Assembly: GCA_977862235.1 (NCBI GenBank)
Contig: OZ374562.1
Span: 1,612,001-1,676,000 of the forward strand
Direction: 5' to 3'
From: Dudresnaya verticillata
Taxonomy: Eukaryota
DNA length: 64,000 bases
Shown: piece by piece, positions 46,801 to 58,115 of the stretch
Layout of the letters: the number at the start of each line of letters is the position of its first letter
Numbering within the stretch: the first letter of the stretch is position 1
The notes under the pieces: generated by a model
Told to the model about the DNA's origin: nothing
The model's database searches: none
The model's input: only the letters and a program-made list of their open reading frames with translations
Program-made: the position numbers and the translations under genes

Positions 46801-47031
46801 CAAGAGCGAACTGGCCAGACACGCACGTCGGAAGCAAGGGAAAGCACGCGCAGGTTGGCAAGAAGGGAGATGTCTGCGCGATGTTTTAGCAAGTGTTGGT
46901 AAGAGGAAGCACAATGCGACTGCGATGGTGATGGCCGGTTGCCGGGAGAGGGGAAGCGGCGCGGATCATGCGCGCTGATATGGCCAGATGAAACCCTCGC
47001 GGCCAGGAGTCCGCGCTTGCAAAGGGGGCTC

Positions 47032-47796
47032 TGTGGTGCAACGGCAAGGGGGCCACCAAAAGGAAGCAACTCGACGGGCCAACTGTACGATCGGCCCAAC
47101 CAGACGAAGACACTTGGCCAATGAAGTCGTGCCGTCGGCGCACGGACGGCGGTGAGCGCGCGCAAGTATGAAACGTGGCCACCGACTGTACACGTGGCTC
47201 ACACGTGGCCACCTACGACACCTAGGCGCACCACGTGGCCCGCTGTACACGCATGATCTGATTTTGCGGCCAGACACAAATCGAAATTGGATTTGGCCGC
47301 ACGGTGAATCAAAAGGAAGACAGTTGAAAAATCAAGGGAAAATCTAACTCGCAGAGCCAACCATTAACGCACAAGTACTTGGTTTAGTCTCGCAAGGGCC
47401 TCACATTGGCCCGACGCCGGAACACAAGCAGATATTTATGGCCGACCTGAGTAACCTCGGCCACTAACTGTAGAATAGCTCTAGATTAGCTCAGATGGCC
47501 GATTTTGGGCCTACTTAGCTGGCCACACACTACGGCTAAGCCGAAAAAGGTACGAAGCCGTCCCGCCAGAGGTTGGGAGTAAAGTTAGCAACTGAAACCC
47601 CGACTTGGCCATTCTTCGTCCTCATCATGGATTCTGGCCACGACTTCGTCTGCGCGCTCCCGCTCTACCACGCTTGCTACCGGCGTGCAGGTCCGTTCTA
47701 CGTTCTGGCCAGTTTTGGTTGAATCCGACAGGCCTTTGTGGTCTTCTTGGGGTCTCGTTTGGCTGCCGTATGCGGTGGTCCACTAGAGATACTACA
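47032..47796 (+). repeat. 3' LTR of element A
   Basis: Direct repeat of 34484..35248, preceded by a polypurine tract. Confidence 0.95.
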
Positions 47797-48001
47797 CTTT
47801 TGTGCTTGCTTCTTAAAGCAGTACTTAATGTTGAATGTTTCGACGCGCATTTGCGTCGTCTTTAATTTGAGCCGCATCGGGATCTCCATAGGGCTGTGGA
47901 GTAAATTACGCTCGGCACGTCTCGCTACCCATACCGTGATCTTTTCGTGTGCTGTAAAGCCTGTACGGAAATGAAAAGGTACTACTAAGGATAGAGAGCA
48001 A

Positions 48002-48656
48002 TGTGGTGTAGTGAAAACCCACGAACTCCGAGACGGACAGCTGGCCTGACTTTCCTTAACGGACGAGAGCAACACTACCTCCACGGGGTGGTAGAGCAGT
48101 TCGCACCGAGACGGGAGAACAGCGAGCGGCTAACCGAGACGGATATTGGGAAGCAACAGACAAGGGGGTGGTACAAGTGCCGGGACGGGCTCCGTAACGG
48201 TGGTGGTGGTAGACCGCAACGGGCTCGGCGCAGGGAAAACCGTAAAGGATTGGGCTAAGGTTGCTTACCCGTTTACCTTAGGAGCCGCTGCGGTGCCGCC
48301 CTGATATACAAGTCAGGGTGGCACCGAGCGGTCCGGTCCGTGGGGGCCAGACCCTAGTGGTCTGGTCCTATGGTGGAATCGGCCCTGCTGGTCCCAATCT
48401 CCGACACGGACATGCGCAGCATTCTCATTGGCTGGCGCGCTACTCTAGACACTGTACAGATACTCACTAAAAATAAAGAATAAGTACTACAAATACTCCG
48501 CTTCGGTTGGTGCGCTCCACTGCTGACAACAATGTACGCCAGCACACAACAATGCACCCAAAACCGACACGGATACACGTGCACAAATCCCACAACGGTT
48601 CAGGCCACACTATATGCATTTCCACCGTTTCGGATGCCGAATCTCACTTCACCACA
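48002..48656 (-). repeat. 3' LTR of element B
   Basis: Direct repeat of 56905..57559, about 6 substitutions by eye. Confidence 0.95.
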
Positions 48657-49968
48657 GACCCCCCTCCTTAAATGGCGCCACGCCCTCGTGCGCCCACCTT
48701 CAAGGGGTTGCGGTTTGGGTCCGACGCACCATCAACGGATTCGAGAAGCTTTTCCAGGTCTCTCATCAACTTCTCAACTGCCGTCACGGTTTGCTTCGAT
48801 GCATTGGGAAACGCCACGCACCCCCGATACTAGGACTTCCGTCACGGAGAATAAGCAAAACGCGCTGGACGCGAGTGTCGCGCTCCATCCGCAAGGGTTT
48901 CCTGCCCAGGCTGGTCGCCAGTCTTCTGCCTCATAAAACATCCGCAACGGGTTCCTCCAGCGTGTCAGCGGAGCAGACGCCAGATCTTACCCCTCTTTCA
49001 CCGTAACGGGAGTGCAATCCAGACACCTCACAGATAGCCGTATTTGCAAAAATCCGACATGGGGGTCCTACCACACATAAAGGAGCAAACACTCTTGGAG
49101 AGTGTTGCTCTCACCGTAGCGGAATAAGTTTCCCCAACGTGTGGTACACAACGGTCTGCTCGAACGCGCAGTCGATTACGCTCCCATATCCACAATGGAC
49201 AATTCGTACTCCGATCGGATGACGGTACTTCACACCCGCTACCTCCTGACGGAAGTTGTTCCGACTTGGGTGGCGAGAAGTTGGGGGGCTAGATACGCCA
49301 CAAACCGTCGCAGGCGGCGTGTTTCAGGAATCCGTAGCGGTTACAGGCGAATACCTTCACTCCTGCTCTTATGAGACACACCACGAACCTCTTCCTCTTG
49401 AGATGAACCCAACCCGCGACGGTGTTAATATATTATTTTGAATATAATAATATATTGAAAATGTTAATATTAACACCAATATTAATATATTCCCCGGGAC
49501 TCTGAGAAGAATAATGAGACCGAGGAATTTTCCTGTACCGTCGCGGAAGGGGCCGTTCTTGGCCCAAACGTGCTGGGGCGGCCGCCCATCGCAAGAAAAA
49601 GGCGTGCCCCTCCCGGAAAGGTCGACGACGAACACCGTTACGGTGGCTGACGGGGTGTTCAGAGCGATTTCCGTGACGGAAGAGTGCCGCGTAAGCGGTG
49701 GAACCTGGGCAAAGTACGCCGGCTGCGATATTGCGGAAAAACGAGAGTACCGTTTCGGGAAATGGGTCGCGTCATCAGCAGGGTACGCGACCCACGCTGG
49801 CAAAATCCGTGACGGAGCGGTATGCCCCAGTTTGAGCAGCAACGATCGTTGGATGTCGACATCCCGTAACGGTAGCAGGCGTCGACAAGATGCAGTTCCC
49901 GAACCGGGTCGCCACATCGCGGGGAGTTGCGATTACCGCAAGCGACAGTAGCTTGTTTTCCGTTACGG

Positions 49969-52900
49969 TTAGCGGCGTGCCTTGGCTGGGCGTCGCAGTG
50001 GCTTTCCCTTAGCGGAGCTCTTGCGTTTTTGCTTCCAATAGCGGTAGATGAAGTTCTGCGGCAATTCCTCGGCGGGTTCGTAGGTATCCTGATCCGGAGG
50101 GTAACCATACCAGCGGACTTTGTACGTCATCCCAGTAGGTTCGTCGCGGTGACCGACAATCTTGTCGATCACATATTCCGTATCGGCTTGTAGTGGTTCC
50201 GTCGCGGAGGGAGTAGTACCTTCAGAAGGAGGTACTACTATAGTACCTTCTGGATGTGGCACTACTTCTCCGTAGACGGTTGATGGCGTGACAGGCGGCA
50301 CTGTTAAGGGTGCCGGCTGAACCGCAACTCCGATCGGAACCTTCGTGATGCGATCGATACTTACGGGGATCAATACCCCTTCCTTTCGGATTGTAACAAC
50401 ATGTTCCGTTGCGGATTCCACTTCGTAAGGCCCCGTGGCTCTCGGAAGGAGTTTCTTCATTTCCTGAGCCACCTCGCCTACATCATCCGGCTTGCCTTCC
50501 AATCGGTCCCGTTCACGGCGTTCGGCAGGCCGCAAGTTATGGGGCGGCCTGTCGACGTAGACTTGATCTCCGTTACGGATTATGGGCCTAAAGCGCACCT
50601 TACGGTCAAACAGTGCCTTGGCTTTTTGCTGAGCCACTGTTTGCTTCGTGCGCGCTGTTTGGAGCGCATACCGTAAACGGCGCATGGTACTCCGCTTATG
50701 TAGCACCGGGGTCATAAGCCCTTCCGTAACGGTTTCTTGATGCTCGACAGGAGCCCCTCGTACTACAATGTCCGATGGGTGGCGTGTCAGCACCAAATCA
50801 AATGGCGTTGTTTCCGTAATACGGTGTACCTGCATGTTGTACGCATATGTCAACGGTTGCAGGTACAAATCCCAATCGGAGTGATGATCCTCAACGTAAT
50901 GGCGCAAACGCTGAGCGATTGTCTTATTAAATCGCTCAGCTTGCCCATTTGTCTGCGGATGGTAGGCAGCGGTAAGTAGATGCCTGACTCCGAGTAAGGA
51001 ACACACTGCGTCAAAGAACTTAGCAGTAAACTGCGGTCCATTATCGGTTAGGACAAATTGGGGTGCGCCGTAGGCGTACACCCAAAAGTCCAGAAAGGCG
51101 TTAGCCACCACAACGGCTGTTGTTGTCCGTAACGGAATACAGCGCGTCAGCTTAGAGAACCGATCGGTTATTACCAAAACGTAGACATAACCCCGTTTTG
51201 TCTTCGGAAGCGGCCCGAGAATGTCGATAGCGACGAACTCCAAAGGTCCGCTAGCGGGGAAAAGCTTCATAAATCTTTGATTCCGAAAGCGGGTTCCCTT
51301 TGTCTTCGCGCAGGAGCGACATGTCCGAACGGATTCAAGTACATCGTTGGCCATATGAGGCCAATAATAATCCTGTCGGAGTGTATAATACATCTTAATC
51401 CCGCCTGGGTGACCCGACATCAGGGTGTAGTGGGATAAATACAATACCCGTCCACGGAGTTCGCTTGGCACCACCTTTTGTAGAGCGCCATCCAATTGGG
51501 ACTTGCGTACCAAGAATCCGTTACGGTCATAGTCAAACTGTGATCCAGAGGAGCCTACCGTATCGGCTTTGAGACGACAGAAAGGGTCTCTGGCTTGCGC
51601 TTCGAGGAACTCCTCCCTGGTAATTGTCTCATCCTTAACGTCGGATTCTTGTATTACAGTAAACCGTGACGGTATTGCGTCGGGCTTGTCAGGGGAGGCG
51701 GATGCACTCCCACTGGCGGGCTCCACGGCGCATATTACGTTATTTTCCGTAGCGGTTTCTTGTGATGTGGCCCAATCGGTTAAATAGACTCCATGCTCGT
51801 ATAATCCGTCGACGGTATTTTCGGCGACAAAGCAGGGTATCTCTTCATCCAAAGGTCTATTGTCACCGCCATCCGTTCGGAGTCGCGACATCCCATCGGC
51901 GAGTTGGTGCTTAATTCCAGGACGGTATTGCACCTCGAATTCAAATTCCGATAGGCGGAGCCTCCACCTGGCTAGGCAGCCAGATGAGTCTGCGAGGTTC
52001 AGGATCCACCGCAGGGCATCGTGATCCGTTCGGAGAATAAACTTGTCACCGTAAAGGTAGGGTCGTAGTGTTAACATGCTCCAGACCACGGCTAAGCATT
52101 CCTTTTCGGTTGTCGTATAATTTTTCTCCGCATCGGTGAGGCTTCGGCTCCAGTATCCAATAGGGAGGTGATCGCCATTCGGTTGTTCCTGCAGAAGGAC
52201 ACAGCCGACTTGGTGGTCACATGCGTCAGTGTCCAACGTATATTTATATCCGTGACGGGGTAGAGCCAATATAGGTGGAGAGATAAGGCGTCTCTTCAGT
52301 TCCTCGAAGGCTTCATATTCCGTATCGGATAATATTCCAAACTCAAAGGGTGAGCCCTTGCCGGTTTTCTTATTTAGCGGAGCTGAAATCCGAGCGAAGT
52401 TGGGTACAAAGCGACGATACACGTTGCACATTCCCAAGAAGGATCGCAATTCCGTTTGGTTAGTCGGCGGCTTCGCGACCTTGACGGATTGGATATTTCG
52501 ATTATCCACTTCTAATTTTCCGGGACGGATAACATGCCCCAGGTATTGTACAGACGCGTTAAAGAAGTCACACTTTGACAATTTCAACGTTACCCCAGCG
52601 GATCGTAAAAGCGTAAGGACTTCCTTCAGGTGGTGGAAATGTTCCGTAACGGTTTTTGAGTAGACAATTACATCGTCTAGGTAGACGAGGGCAAATTGCC
52701 ATTTAACCGTAGAAAGGATTATATCCATTGCCCGTTGGAAGGTTGCCGGTGCATTTTTCAATCCGAATGGAATTCTCCGAAAACGGTTTAAGCCAAAATG
52801 GCTAGTGAAGGTAGTTTTGTCCCTTTCCTCTTCCGGAATCTCGACTTGCCAATATCCGCTATTGCAATCCAGGGTGGTAAATACAGTAGCTTCCCCAAGG

Positions 52901-54237
52901 GAATCTATGCATTCATCCATCCTGGGCAAGGGATATGAGTCCCTAACCGTTACGGAATTTAGCCTTCTATAGTCAACACAGAACCGCATGGTGCCGTCCT
53001 TTTTTGGAACGAAAACCACGGGGCTGGTCCACTCCGATGAGGCTGGTTCAATTACCTTAGCGGAAAGCATGCGATCGATCTCTGTCTTTTCGAGATCTCG
53101 CTGCTTATGTCCGGCACGGTATGGGGCTTGGTATACTGGCTTAGCTCCGGGAGTTAACTCGATGCGGTGCTTGGCAGCTGTAATGTTGCCAAGATCGCCA
53201 CTCCACATCGACTTATATTCCTCGAGTAGGGTTAAAATCCGTTTGCGGAGCGATGCTTCTTCTGTGCCGATCTGGACTTGATCCTTCCAGTCGGTAGTAT
53301 TTGTATTTTCCGTTACGGGTTTGCTTACTTCCTTGTCGTGAGGGGAGATGCTGCTGGCCTTTTCGGAGGTAGGGTTAGAATTAAATGAGTGAATAATTCC
53401 TCCCCCTCCTTAAATGGAGGTATACCGTCAACGGTAAAAAATAGCAGAGGGGGCAGCAGTAGCGAGGCCCACGACAGTAGATTTGGGCAACCGTACCGGC
53501 TTGTTAGAAAAAGTAGAGACCCAGATCCGAAACGGTTTGTTAGGTACAACATCCATAATACCATTAGCCATTAACGTAAGGTGCTTAAAAGCCGGCTTAG
53601 GATGATTTTGTAGAAAGCATAACCCACCCGTGGGGGTATTAACCGTTACGGTGGTTTGAGTCATAGGGGGAATAAGGGTAGATTTTGCTAAACGAAGTTT
53701 CTGAGAAACCGTAGCGGTAGAGAGAGGTGAGGGCTGTAGGGTTGCAGTGGTTCCCGTCTTCGGAATTTTGGCTTGACCAACAAGGGATACCGGTGGGTAA
53801 TGATGAAAAACAACTTTCCGTAACGGAGGGAGTATTGCCTTCACGTAGCGGTCGATGAAGGTAGTTCCCAAAATACAGGGAGCCGCCAAGTTCGCGACCA
53901 CTAGAAAATGGACGCGAGCACGGAGCTCTCCGATACGGACGAAAAGTTGGATCTGACAAAGAGGGCGTATAGCGCGATTAGACGCATCCCGTAATGGAGG
54001 ACTGGCTGCTGGGCGTATGAGTGGGAGCCATTGGCGCGGAAGGCGCCTGGCACTAATGAGATTGGGCCCAGCGCCAGAGTCCAAGACGGAGATTAAAGGA
54101 AGCATCACGCTATCTGTCCGTCCCACGGTAATTTGCATCTTGTAATTTTGATGTTGCATAAAGCAGATAGTATCATTGGTCTGATAAGCCAATGGGAGTT
54201 CCGTAACGGTATCTCGCCGATCCCCTGGCGGGTCCAC
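49969..54237 (-). pseudogene. pol: pol of element B (protease ORF 53428..54237, frameshift, then RT-RH-IN-chromo ORF 49969..53208)
   Basis: VLDSGAG, YLDD, LDTDAC, HYTLMSGH..CRSC, DILGP/TDNG/QAER, EYVIDKI..KVRWYGY..DTYEP; a frameshift near 53430 separates PR from RT. Confidence 0.92.
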
Positions 54238-54381
54238 ACTCGCGAGAGGTGGAACGCCGTGAGGCGGGGATGGCGGCGCCCTTACGCATCCCCCCTTGAG
54301 TTTTCCGAATTCAAGGTTGCACCAGTCGGATCCGCCTCCATGGGCTCGCGCAATTCTGCGAGTTCCACTCCGTCATGGTCC

Positions 54382-56649
54382 TCACACCGATAGTATCGGG
54401 GCATTCCGTTGCGGAGGGGGCGTTTGCGGTCTGCCCCGATTCCCTTGCGGATTCGAACTGGTTCCTACTACGAACCTGCGACCTACAGGGTAGTGCTTCT
54501 GGAAGTTGCGCTCGCGCTCTTCCATAAGCCTAACCCGATCGGAGTCATGTATCCATGGGCAAACAACGTGCTCTGGAGAAAGGCAGATGCGACAGTTACC
54601 ACTTCCGTAAAGGCGTCGGACCCGAGGATCCGACTCATCCCGTAGCGGAGGTGCTGGTTGCTGCTGTCCTCGCCCATCGTGGGCATTATTTCCGTAACAG
54701 TGACTCGGCTGCTGTTGGGGGCCAGGAGGCAGGCGAGATCCATCATAGGGGGGACCTTGCGCGCGTGGCATCCTGGGCGGAGTAGGGTGGACGCTTTGCG
54801 GGGGCGAGGAGTACGGGGTAGAAAAGGTAACCCCCGTGCTCGTTCCCGTAGCGGCACCGTGGCCTCCCTCGACGGCTAGCACTTGATTATCCGTAGCGGA
54901 AAGATTCCCTTGCGGCTCATAGTGTACATCCGATACGGAATCCAGCGACAACACCTTAGACGGGCGCGCTTTAGTGAGCCCATCAAAGGCGTGAGCCGGA
55001 ACGGTTTGGCGTCGAGCTGCCCGATGGGACTGACCCAGGCCAGTCGCATAGCGAGTGATGGCCTGATAATCCAACTGGGAATGTGTCGCTAGATAATTTC
55101 TCATCTGTTGACGAGTACCCGGTAGGAGTCCTTCAATGAACAGTGACTTCAATGCCCGATCGGAAAATACTGTACCGCAATGGAGAGCCTTGGCCCAGAG
55201 CTGGTTCGAGTACTGCTCTTCCGTCATGGCGGATGTTTGCCTGAAGTTGCTGACATCCGTATAGGCAATCACTTCATCCGTAGCGTAGGTTCTCAACAAA
55301 GAGTTCACCACCTCGGAATATGTGCGGAGCATCTCGGCCTGCTCCACGTCAACCGCCATGGTACCTCCAGCAAGCCTAGCCTGTAGAAGGGCTTCGGCCT
55401 GTCCTTTAAGTAAAAACTGGAAGCACCAGACGGCAACCCCTTCGGCGATGCCGTTGATGTTACAACCGTCACGGAACTTAGCGAGAAATCCCAAGACGGT
55501 AATAGGGTCCGTCCCATCGAATGTATGGGACGACATCTGGACGTCGAGTTTCTTCCGTATACGGCTCATGTTCTGTGAGAACTTATAGCCGTAGGTCTTA
55601 CTCCTCTTATCCAATCGGTAGGTGCGGTAGTCCAGCGCCTTGACAAACTTGTCATGTAGCGGCCGGATTACCTTTACCTTTCCGGATTTGGCACCGTGTT
55701 TTCTGGCCCGGTGCCTATTCTCTCTATCCGTTACGGAAGAACTCTCTGAGTCTGAATCCGTAGAAGTAGAGGAGTTATGCCCTTTTTCGCGTTTCCGCGA
55801 TCTTCTGTTTCTCCTCTTGCGGCGACGGTGTTGGCTATCCTCTGAGCTGCTCTCATTGGATTCCGTACCGGATTGGTGGCGTCGTCGCTGGGTGTGGTCG
55901 CCCATGTGCGACCGACGGGGAGGGTCAGAGCGGGAGTGTCGGGCATCTCGTTTATGCCGACCTCGACCGGTCCTCCGACTCGGATGGGGTGAGCTGGACG
56001 CATCGCTGAGATGGTCGCTGCCTCCACCTGGTTGAACCGGAACGGTATAGCGCTCTTGCTGATAGCGCCCTGGCGTAGGCACATCTACGTGTCCAGGCGA
56101 ATACCGTAACGGTGGCTGAGTGTGTGTTGGTCCCGTAGGGGCTTGTTGATCTTGAGAATCCGTTACGGGAGCCGGTGGCAGTGGCCCAGAGGGTACTGTG
56201 CCCGGCGGCAATCCCATAACGGGGGGTTGTTGCGGCTGCTGCGTTCTTCCCTCGACCGGGAAGTCATTCCGTAACGGTGGTTGCTCAGTGAAAACTTCCG
56301 TAGCGGGAGGCCTTGCCATGCCGGGAGCAATCTGGCTCTCGAGCTCGGCGGCCACCTTTTCCTGTAGGATCAAAGCTTGCACTATCCGAGGAAGGTGCTG
56401 CTCCAGATAGGAATTAACCAAAGACGGAACAGTTTCCGAGAGGGATATCTCCACCTCTTTTACCATTCCAGGTTGTACTTCCAATCGGAGATGCTCTAAC
56501 ACCCTAGGAAGGACCTCCGACAGGACCCAGTGGACCCGATGGGATTCCGGCATGGGTTGCGGAGTGGCCTTCTTGGAGGCGTCTGATCCGACACGGGAAC
56601 GGGGAGCTTTACCAGCAGCACCCTTTAGGATTTCTTCTGGGTTCTCCAC
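54382..56649 (-). CDS. gag: gag of element B
   Basis: 755-codon ORF with LDYRTYRL, TFDGTDPITVLGFL and CRICLSPEHVVC knuckle; start uncertain. Confidence 0.8.
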   Translation of the reverse strand: MENPEEILKGAAGKAPRSRVGSDASKKATPQPMPESHRVHWVLSEVLPRVLEHLRLEVQPGMVKEVEISLSETVPSLVNSYLEQHLPRIVQALILQEKVAAELESQIAPGMARPPATEVFTEQPPLRNDFPVEGRTQQPQQPPVMGLPPGTVPSGPLPPAPVTDSQDQQAPTGPTHTQPPLRYSPGHVDVPTPGRYQQERYTVPVQPGGGSDHLSDASSSPHPSRRTGRGRHKRDARHSRSDPPRRSHMGDHTQRRRHQSGTESNESSSEDSQHRRRKRRNRRSRKREKGHNSSTSTDSDSESSSVTDRENRHRARKHGAKSGKVKVIRPLHDKFVKALDYRTYRLDKRSKTYGYKFSQNMSRIRKKLDVQMSSHTFDGTDPITVLGFLAKFRDGCNINGIAEGVAVWCFQFLLKGQAEALLQARLAGGTMAVDVEQAEMLRTYSEVVNSLLRTYATDEVIAYTDVSNFRQTSAMTEEQYSNQLWAKALHCGTVFSDRALKSLFIEGLLPGTRQQMRNYLATHSQLDYQAITRYATGLGQSHRAARRQTVPAHAFDGLTKARPSKVLSLDSVSDVHYEPQGNLSATDNQVLAVEGGHGAATGTSTGVTFSTPYSSPPQSVHPTPPRMPRAQGPPYDGSRLPPGPQQQPSHCYGNNAHDGRGQQQPAPPLRDESDPRVRRLYGSGNCRICLSPEHVVCPWIHDSDRVRLMEERERNFQKHYPVGRRFVVGTSSNPQGNRGRPQTPPPQRNAPILSV

Positions 56650-56881
56650 TCCGGAACGGATTTCACCTCCTTCACTGCGCAGACTGCGCGCAGGGGGGTA
56701 GTGTCATCCGCTTTAGGTTCCGTAACGGGAGGGTCTGCGTGTTCTTCGTTCTGCATGATACCTTAACGGAACACAACGGTTGTTCTTGCTTGTCTATCCA
56801 ATATTCCGTAACGGGTTGTCGGTACAGCCGAATTCCTACCGTAGCGGATTTCGACGGCTGTTTCTTCCAACCGTGACGGTG

Positions 56882-56899
56882 TTCTAGGTCGGGAGACCA
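56882..56899 (-). promoter_or_regulatory. primer-binding site of element B
   Basis: TGGTCTCCCGACCTAGAA on the minus strand, 5 nt from the 5' LTR; identical to the element A PBS. Confidence 0.85.
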
Positions 56900-56904
56900 A
56901 AAGA

Positions 56905-57559
56905 TGTGGTGTAGTGAAAACCCACGAACTCCGAGACGGACAGCTGGCCTGACTTTCCTTAACGGACGAGAGCAACACTACCTCCACGGGGTGGTAGAGC
57001 AGTTCGCACCGAGACGGGAGAACAGCGAGCGGCTAACCGAGACGGATATTGGGAAGCAAAAGACAAGGGGGTGGTACAAGTGCCGGGACGGGCTCCGTAA
57101 CGGTGGTGGTGGTAGACCGCAACGGGCTTGGCGCAGGGAAAACCGTAAAGGATTGGGCTAAGGTTGCTTACCCGTTTACCTTAGGAGCCGCTGCGGTGCC
57201 GCCCTGATATACAAGTCAGGGTGGCACCGAGCGGTCCGGTCCGTGGGGGCCAGACCCTAGTGGTCTGGTCCTATGGTGGAATCGGCCCTGCTGGTCCCAA
57301 TCTCCGACACGGACTTGCGCAGCATTCTCATTGGCTGGCGCGCTACTCTACACATTGTACAGATACTCACTAAAAATAAAGAATAAGTACTACAAATACT
57401 CCGCTTCGGTTGGTGCGCTCCACTGCTGACAACAATGTACGCCAGCACACAACAATGCACCCAAAACCGACACGGATACACGTGCACAAATCCCACAACA
57501 GTTCAGGCCACACTATATGCATTTCCACCGTTTCGGATGCCGAATCTCACTTCACCACA
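56905..57559 (-). repeat. 5' LTR of element B
   Basis: Direct repeat of 48002..48656. Confidence 0.95.
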
Positions 57560-58115
57560 AGCAATGCCGATCGTTCTACGGTTTATCGATCATAAGCTAT
57601 CAACGATACTTTCGTCGATACTCTCTTATATATATCGTATGAGCAATCCCGATATGCCATCAGGATGAATGCGGTCAAGCCAACGAGAACAGGACCAACG
57701 CAGAATGTTCGAGGTCTCCATATAAGGACAATAACAGTCCTAGAGCCACCAATCTACCGTGGTAAGTTCCGTCCCTTCTCCCACCCACCCGCTCTTTTTC
57801 ACACAGACTTTAAGTTCACAAGTTACCGTCCATTCTGGTCATGCAGACCTGGCAAAACAATGCAGAAATAGACTTTCTTTGCATTACTCATTTCTGAATG
57901 AAGTGGGTCTTTAAGAATAAAGGCTACATTTCCTTTTTCACTGCTGTCAAGCACCTTGGGACACACAACATAAAGCATCACCGACACACAATTTTTTAAT
58001 GTGTCAATGACGCTCATTCACAGGACAGAGTTCATCATGCAGTCTTTCACCAGACGGGCCTGGTTCACTGTGTTCGGCAAATGCAGCCGGAGCGCGAGTA
58101 GCTCAGCCCAGCACT

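Larger units (their letters stand above)
34484..47796 (+). mobile_element. complete Ty3/Gypsy chromovirus-type LTR retrotransposon, element A (13.3 kb, coding-defective)
   Basis: Two 765-bp TG...CA LTRs, 5-bp TSD CTTTT (34479-34483, 47797-47801), PBS, PPT (AAAGGGGG before 47032), gag-PR-RT-RH-IN-chromo order. Confidence 0.95.
48002..57559 (-). mobile_element. complete Ty3/Gypsy chromovirus-type LTR retrotransposon, element B (9.56 kb)
   Basis: Two 655-bp LTRs, 5-bp TSD AGCAA (47997-48001, 57560-57564), PBS 56882-56899, PPT (AAGGAGGGGGG on the minus strand adjoining 48657), gag-PR-RT-RH-IN-chromo. Confidence 0.95.
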
